This document shows, one piece after another, positions 25,501 to 36,891 of a stretch of 64,000 bases of DNA. The notes below the pieces were generated by a model, which was not told the origin of the DNA, ran no database searches, and worked only from the letters and a program-made list of their open reading frames with translations. Each line of letters begins with the position of its first letter. The first letter of the stretch is position 1. The stretch is from Laetmonice hystrix (lineage: Eukaryota). A program made the position numbers and the translations under genes. The stretch is from the NCBI GenBank assembly GCA_965235115.1, contig OZ249438.1:17980001-18044000 (forward strand), in the 5' to 3' direction.

Positions 25501-28500
25501 TGTCCACTATATAAAAGTTTAAAGCAGACTGGGATTAGGCTTCCTGTTTTTATCCACCTGATTTCTCCTTTGAAAAGGACTGAAGAGGGCGAGTGGCAGA
25601 ATTCACAGACCGAGAGGTAATGGAGGCAGTGGTTTAGAAGCATTAGGCGCATCCACTGATAATTGGTACATAACTTGTGTGATGGGGAAAATCGCTGTCT
25701 CCTCAAGTGGAACAACTCAAGACGTGTGCGCAAGGAGGTTGTACTTTGAAAGGAGGTTTACCTTGGTGAGACCCTATAGTTATACACGGTCAGAGTAGGG
25801 TGGGACAACCATTACAAGATGTCTATATGTACTCCATGAAGACTTAGTTTGGCACGGCTCCAGCTCAGGGGACATAGTTCAGTGATTTCCAGATATTTAC
25901 ACATAAACGCATAACGTGTTCATGTAACTCCTAGGTTTTAGTCTTCACCCTTAGAGTTGGTTTTAAACTATACTCCAAGACAGAAAGATCCCAACTTTGC
26001 CCATGAAAATTGGGAAATAGATTCTTCTTTAGGGATGACAAGAAATCACCGAGCTGAAGCTTTGAGAAATTAATCTCAAGCAAGCGAAATGTTTCTTTGG
26101 CATCTTTAAAACTAACTTGATTATCGAGGAAAAGGGACCATTATCGTTTCATATGTTCTGTAATGATATAAGACACAGAAGTGATATTTTTTCATACCCT
26201 ATACGAAATGTGGGGAATAACTTGGGAATGTCTGTGTGAACGGTGTAGTGTAAGGGTGAAGAGCTGATCATGTCTGGGCTATGTGGTGAGGTGTGTTTGC
26301 TGTACTGATCAGACATTAGCTGGCCAGTGATCCTTGTTTGTGCGAGTCAGTACGGCGCATGGCCCGATCACCACCAGCCGGCTCGTCCAACTGGTCGCCA
26401 GGCCAAACAGTGCTGAGCTTTGTAACACTCGGCGGGAGAAGGAAACGTTCTTCTGTCCAAACATGGAGCTGGGTGTTACTGATGCACGCCTCCCCCCTTC
26501 AGGGGTGAGAGGGGTGATTTCAATCCTGCAACATTCTCCATTGTGATGGGACGTAGGCGGAGGTGGTTTGTATGCACGTCCGCATTGGTACGCGACACGT
26601 GTCAGTAAAGTCAAGTCGATGTCAGACCAATGTCTTCATTCTCATTGCCTATGCTGATTACTGCCACAACTAATGCGTTCTCATCAGCAAAACCGACTTT
26701 CTCCCAGCCGCCTGCCTTCACTGAAGTGTTTGTCTGTTCGGTCGAGTCAGTTCGCTGGATATAAGACCTGTATCTGTAAATTAGACGGCTGTTGGAGAGA
26801 TCCGTCTTATCAACGGCTGATAGGAAGAGTTGATTGGGTAGAGTGTGCCCTGACCGGCCGGGGGTAGGTATTCCCTCCACGTGTACACTTCTCCCACTTG
26901 GTATTCGTGGCCAGCCGTACCTGATGACCTGGGTCCACCTGATGTCGCCAGGATGGTCCGTGGAATGCAGATGGGAAGTCCCAGCAGGATTGGACGAGCT
27001 GGGCGGACGGTATCAGTCATGTACGGGCGGTAATCGCTATGGTAATCAGGTGCCGTTCGCAAATAATTCGAGTTGATGCCCGGGCGCAGTCCTTTATAGA
27101 GGAGATAAACATAGCGGCGGCCGGTGCGGGCCATTGTAGTCGATGGTGGATGGAAGGATGATGAGGTGAGCATTGGGAGGCCAGAACAAGGTCCCACAGC
27201 CAACCCAGACATCGTCTAACAACCTCACCCTCTCATTCCAACCGCTGCCAACTGTAGCCGCACATTTATCAGTTCTCCAAGCCTGGAAAACCTGTTATAT
27301 ATAAGATTTTATATAGGATTCTATCTTGATAAATAATATTACGGATACACCCAACGCAATACATGGTTTTCTCGAGGAAATGGTAGGATTTGTTCGAACG
27401 TCCGATGGCCAAGTGTATGTTGGGGTTGACCATTGTGGGGATGGGAGATCGAGATGAAGAAACCATTAGTATCCTCACCTCCAGGAGATGGGTTGGTGGG
27501 GGCTGGTGATGAAGATTCTCAGGCAGTGAGAAGCTTGTTTCAGCCGGCGCCAGGCGGCAATGTTCAGTGCCAGGGCCGAGGTGTTCTCACGGTTGTATGT
27601 GGTAATCAGGACGCTGTGGGTTACCATTGTGGGAATGACGAGGGAAACGTGGCCGCAAGAGGCGGCCGTCATCCTGGTGGTTGGCCAAACACAACTCCAC
27701 TCCCCACCACCACTAGTTCTATCGGCCCCAATACATGTAGAGCATTTGTACAGATACTCCACGACCAACAGCTCATATTGCTGGCCACAGCCGTTGGTGA
27801 ACTGCGGTCGCTGCAATCATGGAGGTTAGAAAATTTGGTGACCTTCAGAGAGCAGTTGGTAGACTGCAGGTACTGCAGCTGGTGATTTGGAGAGGGAGGA
27901 GCAGTTGGTGAATAGAAGGAAACAGTTGGTAAACTGGAGCTGGAGCAGTTGGTAGCTGAGCTGGTGGTCGGTCCCAGAGGAATACCATCAGTGTTCTGCC
28001 TGGAGCAATTGCTGATAACGCTGAAGCACGCGACCTGTGGATCAGTCGGGGCATTTTTTAAGGGACGAGTGACTGAAACATTTTTGTCCTGTTCAGTACC
28101 ATGAGTTAAGGTTTCCTGATTGAAGTGTGGGAATATGTGCACCAGAAGCTACAGAACAATAAGGCCTTTTTTAGCACTAAAAGACGCTGACCAGTTGACA
28201 AGGGTGGTACTGATTAAAGTAGCCATCAGGACCGTGGCGGGGGTCCGGGTGACTGGTCAGCGCCAGGCCGGACACCGGGAGGTGGGGGCCGTCTGGGGCA
28301 GCCCGGGTTACACCCCAGACGACCGTGCTTGACCTCGCTGTCCTCAGGGCTCAGAAAGCCGTCATGAGTGAAGTCAGCCACTAGGTTGGCCTGATGGAAA
28401 TGGGAAATTTGCAATGCGCCGCTGCGTCCGGTCGGCGTGTGAGGGGAGTCAGACCCGGGGGCGTGGGGAAGGTGTCAAAGGTGTTCGTTCAGTGAGTGCC

Positions 28501-30068
28501 GGTCAGTATAGTAGCTTCCAGTTGTGGCCATGATCTATGGCAGGGTAGGTTGATCGAATGTGTCGTCTTGGGGAGTCCAAGGAGACGGCGGTCGGTCGGA
28601 GGGAGCGGGAAGTCCCGAAAGGCAGTACTGACCCCAGTAGAATGTGTCAGGGTAAAGGTGCTAACTCCTGCTGGGAGGAGGAGAAAGTATTGTTAGGTGC
28701 GGGCTGTCACTTCAGCAACCACATTTCTTTGTGATCAATGCCAGGTCAAAACAGTGTCGGCAAATCATGCGCTGGTTGTGACAAATGTATTCATGACTAC
28801 AAACGTCTGGACATGCAAATTGACCAGCTTTAGGCTGAGTGAAGCGGATCTACGTCGTCCTACTGTCTATACTGTATGTCATTAAACGACAAAAGAAACG
28901 GTTGCCTAGATAAGGTCATCATTATCTGGGTGATATCAACCTGGTGCTTGCCCAAAAATAGAGACGTCCAAAGCAATCTTTTGTTGAATTTTGAAATGGA
29001 AACGTTCTCCTTGAAATTATAATGTGGCAATTTGAAATAAATTTTGTACAACTGTAAAATACTCCCAATGAAAGCCTTTGAAGGCAGTGGATTTGTAAAG
29101 ACATTTCATAGGAAGTTTTAGACCGGTCTTGTCAGGGGAGTAAATTACTGTGCAATTTGATATTGAAATTACAGTAGCATGCTCAGCGAATATGCAGATT
29201 TTTGTTCATTAAGTTTTCAATAGACATTCAGGAACCTCACCCAAGATTAAGACTGAACATCGCATTTTGCGAGTCTTAAAAAGGAAGCACTTGATTTACA
29301 AAACAGGATGGGTACTCTGATAGACAGCAAACGTAAAATGACAAATGGTTTCGTAGATGACGAGAAACCTTTGGCAAAAGGCAAAAGCTTCTTTAAACCT
29401 GGCAAGCTTTGACTTCCTGCCTCGAAACGAAGCCCTCTGGTTTTTAATGACAGGATACTGATTTATATTGGCCATAAATGTCTGCCTACTTGAAAACCAA
29501 TACTTTAAAACTGATTGGGATAATACCAGACCCTTCTCTCTCGTAATTACAAGCGTCGTCGCAAGATGCCACAATGCAAAGGGAGCATAAATACTCGGTA
29601 ATCACCGGCAATTAAGTACTTTGATCTGCACGCCAGTGGCGTGGCCTGGCGGTTTCTAAAGCCAGGCCAGAGTAAGCGAGTTTCTCAGGTAACACAAGAT
29701 GCTTTCTCATTAAGGAAAACGAACTTAGCGTCCCTCCGACCGCTACACTGCCTGTTGGGAAACATAAAAAGTCAGTTCGCCTGACATACGCTGATGGGAT
29801 TTGCTAATTCTCATCGAGTCTATTTGTGTGAGGAAAATAGCCGACTTCCAACTTTGCCATGTCGTCAGCCGTGGGGTTGAGAAGACCAGTTACTGTAACG
29901 AAGCATTTGATTGTTGTGTTTCCTTGAGTAATGGAAGGCTTGCGTGAAACCATTCGGAATGGCACTGGCGTGATTGTGGCATAATTAAAGGTGACGAGAA
30001 CGTAAGAACCTCGTGGTTCTCATGGCCGACCGGTTCGCATAGCCTACCGGTTCTCATAGCCTGCCAGA

Positions 30069-32928
30069 TCTCATAGTCTCCACCGGTTCTCTGAGACTAC
30101 CAAACTACCAGTCTCAAACCTTACCAGTCTCATAGCCTATACCGGTTCTCTGAGACTACCAAACTACCAGTCTCAAACCTTACCGGTTCTCATAGCCTAT
30201 ACCGGTTCTCTGAGACTACCAAACTACCAGTCTCAAACCTTACCAGTCCCATAGCCTATACCGGTTCTCTGAGACTATCAAACTACCAGTCTCAAACCTT
30301 ACCAGTCCCATAGCCTATACCGGTTCTCTGAGACTACCAAACTACCAGTGTCAAACCTTACCAGTCTCATAGCCTATACCGGTTCTCTGAGACTACCAAA
30401 CTACCAGTCTCAAACCTTACCAGTCTCATAGTCTCCACCGGTTCTCTGAGACTACCAAACTACCAGTCTCAAACCTTACCAGTCTCATAGTCTCCACCGG
30501 TTCTCTGAGACTACCAAACTACCAGTCTCAAACCTTACCAGTCTCATAGTCTCCATCGGTTCTCTGAGACTACCAAACTACCAGTCTCAAACCTTACCAG
30601 TCTCATAGCCTATACCGGTTCTCTGAGACTACTAAACTACCAGTCTCAAACCTTACCAGTCTCATAGCCTATACCGGTTCTCTGAGACTACCAAACTACC
30701 AGTCTCAAACCTTACCAGTCTCATAGCCTATACCGGTTCTCTGAGACTACCAAACTACCAGTCTCAAACCTTACCAGTCTCATAGCCTATACCGGTTCTC
30801 TGAGACTACCAAACTACCAGTCTCAAACCTTACCAGTCTCATAGCCTATACCGGTTCTCTGAGACTACCAAACTACCAGTCTCAAACCTTACCAGTCTCA
30901 TAGCCTATACCGGTTCTCTGAGACTCCCAAACTACCAGTCTCAAACCTTACCAGTCTCATAGCCTAGACCGGTTCTCTGAGACTACTAAACTACCAGTCT
31001 CAAACCTTACCAGTCTCATAGCCTATACCGGTTCTCTGAGACTACCAAACTACCAGTCTCAAACCTTACCAGTCTCATAGCCTATACCGGTTCTCTGAGA
31101 CTACCAAACTACCAGTCTCAAACCTTACCAGTCTCATAGCCTAGACCGGTTCTCTGAGACTACTAAACTACCAGTCTCAAACCTTACCAGTCTCATAGCC
31201 TATACCGGTTCTCTGAGACTACCAAACTACCAGTCTCAAACCTTACCAGTCTCATAGCCTATACCGGTTCTCTGAGACTACCAAACTACCAGTCTCAAAC
31301 CTTACCAGTCTCATAGCCTATACCGGTTCTCTGAGACTACCAAACTACCAGTCTCAAACCTTACCAGTCTCATAGCCTATACCGGTTCTCTGAGACTACC
31401 AAACTACCAGTCTCAAACCTTACCAGTCTCATAGCCTATACCGGTTCTCTGAGACTACCAAACTACCAGTCTCAAACCTTACCAGTCTCATAGCCTATAC
31501 CGGTTCTCTGAGACTCCCAAACTACCAGTCTCAAACCTTACCAGTCTCATAGCCTAGACCGGTTCTCTGAGACTACTAAACTACCAGTCTCAAACCTTAC
31601 CAGTCTCATAGCCTATACCGGTTCTCTGAGACTACCAAACTACCAGTCTCAAACCTTACCAGTCTCATAGCCTATACCGGTTCTCTGAGACTACCAAACT
31701 ACCAGTCTCAAACCTTACCAGTCTCATAGCCTAGACCGGTTCTCTGAGACTACTAAACTACCAGTCTCAAACCTTACCAGTCTCATAGCCTATACCGGTT
31801 CTCTGAGACTACCAAACTACCAGTCTCAAACCTTACCAGTCTCATAGCCTATACCGGTTCTCTGAGACTACCAAACTACCAGTCTCAAACCTTACCAGTC
31901 TCATAGCCTATACCGGTTCTCTGAGACTCCCAAACTACCAGTCTCAAACCTTACCAGTCTCATAGCCTAGACCGGTTCTCTGAGACTACTAAACTACCAG
32001 TCTCAAACCTTACCAGTCTCATAGCCTATACCGGTTCTCTGAGACTACTAAACTACCAGTCTCAAACCTTACCAGTCTCATAGCCTATACCGGTTCTCTG
32101 AGACTACCAAACTACCAGTCTCAAACCTTACCAGTCTCATAGCCTATACCGGTTCTCTGAGACTACTAAACTACCAGTCTCAAACCTTACCGGTTCTCAT
32201 AGCCTAGACCGGTTCTCTGAGACTACCAAACTACCAGTCTCAAACCTTACCAGTCTCATAGCCTATACCGGTTCTCTGAGACTACCAAACTACCAGTGTC
32301 AAACCTTACCAGTCTCATAGCCTATACCGGTTCTCTGAGACTACTAAACTACCAGTCTCAAACCTTACCAGTCTCATAGCCTATACCGGTTCTCTGAGAC
32401 TACCAAACTACCAGTCTCAAACCTTACCAGTCCCATAGCCTATACCGGTTCTCTGAGACTACCAAACTACCAGTGTCAAACCTTACCAGTCTCATAGCCT
32501 AGACCGGTTCTCTGAGACTACCAAACTACCAGTCTCAAACCTTACCAGTCTCATAGCCTATACCGGTTCTCTGAGACTACCAAACTACCAGTCTCAAACC
32601 TTACCAGTCTCATAGCCTATACCGGTTCTCTGAGACTACCAAACTACCAGTGTCAAACCTTACCAGTCTCATAGCCTATACCGGTTCTCTGAGACTACCA
32701 AACTACCAGTCTCAAACCTTACCAGTCTCATAGCCTATACCGGTTCTCTGAGACTACCAAACTACCAGTCTCAAACCTTACCAGTCTCATAGCCTATACC
32801 GGTTCTCTGAGACTACCAAACTACCAGTCTCAAACCTTACCAGTCTCATAGCCTATACCGGTTCTCTGAGACTACCAAACTACCAGTCTCAAACCTTACC
32901 AGTCTCATAGCCTCTACCGGTTCTCTGA
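30069..32928. repeat. Large satellite-like array, 59-bp unit, ~48 copies
   Basis: Unit ccggttctctgagactaccaaactaccagtctcaaaccttaccagtctcatagcctata. The 1-base shift per 60-nt line confirms a period of 59; occasional 60-bp variant. Confidence 0.98.
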
Positions 32929-35900
32929 ATACGGATTACTCAGCGCTTAGTGCCTAATCGGCTGATATTCTCCAATGAATGTTAGCAATTAAAATCGCAG
33001 AGAGTTCGGGGGTTGTGTTGACAGAATACGGTCTGCGGTTGGTCCTGAAAATAATAGAGACGTTAATTGCAAGTATTGCTTTCTATATAACTTATAAATA
33101 ATAGTATTTTAATCTTATTGGCAATAATCGCGGGAGGTTGGGTGAGCAGGCAGAAATACGGAATATTACAGCCCCATTCAGTATTAATATCACGGCGCTA
33201 GAGGGATCAGTTTTCACACACATAATGTAGTGAAGGAATATTTGTATGCACACAGTGATAGTAATTGGACTGATGCCAAGGGTGGGTTCCGTTTTTACTC
33301 GCCCCCCCCCCCCCGCCCCCGGTTGTGGTGGAGTGTACAGACAGTGTCAACCAGAACATTGTATACTGATAAAGATCCACTCCTCACTCTATCTAGTAGT
33401 CACTGTTGTACCACTTCACAACACAGCTGTCCACGTCACGGCTACGATCATCACGGAACGCTACACGACGTACACATTATACACGGGTCACGGAAGGTCA
33501 TCTTCAGACCTTGAAGATCAGAGAAAATCTTAATCTGTGTTATACCAAGGACGTCGGTTGTTTGGCACCATCCGATGGAAAAGGTCGGAGAATGTGACAC
33601 GAAGTCAGGCATGTAATGACGTACAGGTCGCTTAGATCATAATGATATTACTTTGATCTCATGGTTATGTAACCCAAGGATATATCATGTCACATTAAAG
33701 TTATCCTTGGAGATCAAAATGAAGGACTCTGTATAAAGATGGCCAGGTGATCTCTCAATGTTGTTGGAAACCTGCCGTCTTTGTTGACTGAGTGGCTCGA
33801 TCATTGTCGGCTTTGTGCCAAGATGTTCAGTCATCAAGGCCGGCTGTGTTCATAGACTCGCGGATAGATGATAGTTTGGCCAACATATAATGACGAGACG
33901 CGGATCATAGGGGTGGTGGGAAGTTGGTAAGAGGAAGGTGACTCGGGTTGAGGGGTGAGGTATACCACAACAAGTTAAAGTCGTTATTATCGTGAACGGA
34001 TATTACCTATTTGATTCTAAAGTGTCATGTGTCGGACTATAATCAGGGACCACAGGAAAGCCGACATCTCAAGACTCCGTCCGGCCGGGCGGGGGTGAGT
34101 GCGTTTCTTCCTGCCTGTGAGGAGGACACTCTCTCTCTCTTGGCACCTGCCCTGGTTGTCATGGTCACCATGTCAAAGTGATGGCTCACCTGTTTGGAGG
34201 TGTTTATTGTAGGCACTAACGATGAACAGGCAAAGATCCACCTGTCTGGAAAGATAGTTGTAGGGGAGGCAGGGGTTGTCTACATACATTATAACTTCAG
34301 CATGGGTTTCTTTTGTTGCTTAACTGTGGTGCATTTCACGGTTGAAATAAATGTACAGTATATTTTCTTCCTGCCAGACCTTATGATTATGTTATCAAAC
34401 AGCCTGACTCATTGAAACACGGAAGAAATGTAGTGATTATTATATTATATTATCAGTGAATTTTATAATGATACCTCTGTCACACAATTATCAGGTTCCA
34501 CTTATATAAGAAAGGTGCCTTGAATATTGGTGTAGTGTCGTCACATTGGAGGGTTTGTAGCGTCATAGCGTCAGTGATAACAGGCCCAGAACTAAAACTT
34601 TATCAAATATACATCACTAATGACATAACCAGTTAATGCTGATGTGCCAAACAGTTGCGAGCAATATGGGCAGTCGCTGTTGACATTTACGAGGCAATCT
34701 TTTTAACAGTTCGCGTAATATTGCACATTTATTGAATAATGAATGATGAGTAAAAACAGTTGGCTGACTACTAAAAGCGTTTTGGCTTTGGAAGCAGGCG
34801 CATGACCCCGGCGGACAGAGAGGTCCATGCTTGCGTGCACACACTGCACGCGGCACGCGCCTGCCTGAATGGACAAGTGAGATTGGTGGCGTATTGGCTA
34901 CTTGACTGTCCTATTATAGTGTGCGGGTGGCCTCGAGTAAAGTGATTTCCCCCTGGAGAGGCCGGCTGACAACGCCCTCCCGTGTTACCTCCAGGAGGTG
35001 TGTGCAGCCTGTGTCCACAGCGGTCAGGAGGTAGGATGGGTCTCCAGTGGCAATCAGTACCTGTCTGAGTGCCCCAGCTGTCAATGTGGCCCGCCTTACG
35101 ACCAACACCCTAGAGCAGCCCTATGGCAGTAATTGAGCCAAGTGCAACAAATTGATTAGATGGGGAGATGAAGCCGATCTAAATGGAATGAGCGCGGCGA
35201 CCCTGCCCTCACGATCTCCTGATCCATTCGGTCAAACCCTGACCTCCACATCGGCCAGGGGATGGGCGGCGGATCAAGGGATCCAGCTATAAACAAACAC
35301 AGGACCAAGCCTGCCCAGCCCCACCTGTCAGCGGCCCACTGCCAAAGGTTTATTCTATATCCTGTTTGAAATGATCACGAACTTTATAGACCAACTGGTA
35401 TTAGAGTTGTCACGATGGCGGATAGTGAAGGGTAGATGCAGCCATATACACGTGTAATTGTGGACAAGTAAGAAAGCTTCCATTCTAACAGGCATCCATA
35501 TATAGAACATGGTAATACGTACGGGTACGTTATACAGACACTGTGAAAGAAATAAGTACGAGTATCCTGAGCCTTTTAGAACATCAGTCACTCGCCCGTA
35601 ATTCCAACAGCGAATTAAAAATTATTAACGTGTTTTCCTCTTTCCTTTCAACAGAAATTTTAAGATCCTAAATTGCCCTTTCAATCTGAAGAGTGATCTA
35701 AAATAACGTGTCGCATTTCCCGACTGTACCACTATTATTACGAAAAACGACCTTTATTCAGTCGCTGTTAAGTGTGTTGTCTGCATCGGCAGCGGCGCTC
35801 TTTTAGGCTTTTAGTGTTCTGGCCATCAGCGAGTGCTATCTCCTATGGCACTCATTAGGCGTCGTTCTCCGGGACTACCACGGGGCGGAGTGGGAGGGAC

Positions 35901-36610
35901 GGCGAGTAGCGGATACAGGGTTACACGTTGTGTAACGAAATACGGTTAGCTCCAACACGGCTGACAGCCATGGAAACTGTATAACAAAATACACTTATAT
36001 TTACAAGCGTGTGTCTCGGTTCGGCGGGGAGCAAGAAGCAGTGACAATAAGCCAGGTCAAACCTCACGAAGCATGGGTCTGGGCCCGACAAAATGTACTG
36101 AAAAGGCCACTGACGACCATGGGGGAAACAAACTAACCCAATTTGGCTGGGCTTTGGTCGTCCCTCGTCAGAACTCATGTTAGGGCAGAATGAGGCGTGA
36201 GACTGGAGTCGAGGGGGCGGGTGTAGGGGGAGAGTATTGTGGATGAGTGAAAACCTTGTCGGAGATTGAGAGAACAGACATGAGACCTGGCGACTGAACA
36301 TATAGTAAGTAACCACGGACAGCTACATCCCACCAGTGTGCAGGCTCAATCAGGCCATCCAACATCCCCCAGTGAATAGGGCCCAAAACACAGCCTTGTT
36401 CTATAAATACCTTCATGTAAACTCCAGGGATAGAAAGCTAAGAGGAGGGATTTACGCAGCAAGGGACCCCCCAGAGGGAAAGAGATTACCATAAACTGCA
36501 TAAAGCACCAGACAAGGGAAGACTAGTCTTTCAGGAAGTCGCCAGGGGATTACAGCTTTATTTCTCTCGCTCACAGCTGGGCAATCGTGGCCTGGAGGAT
36601 GAGGAATTTC

Positions 36611-36891
36611 TACTGATGGGCAATAGGGTGGCAGTGACAAAGATTACTGATGGGCAATAGGGTGGCAGTGACAAAGATTACTGATGGGCAATAGGGTGGC
36701 AGTGACAAAGATTACTGATGGGCAATAGGGTGGCAGTGACAAAGATTACTGATGGGCAATAGGGTGGCAGTGACAAAGATTACTGATGGGCAATAGGGTG
36801 GCAGTGACAAAGATTACTGATGGGCAATAGGGTGGCAGTGACAAAGATTACTGATGGGCAATAGGGTGGCAGTGACAAAGATTACTGATGG
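36611..36891. repeat. Minisatellite, 34-bp unit, ~8.3 apparently identical copies
   Basis: Unit tactgatgggcaatagggtggcagtgacaaagat. Confidence 0.97.

Noticed and set aside
36520-36531. Partial matches to conserved miRNAs (miR-7-like ggaagactagt; miR-1-like tggaatgtaa at ~59756)
   Set aside because: Only 10-11 nt match, the 3' halves diverge, and no hairpin partner is evident.
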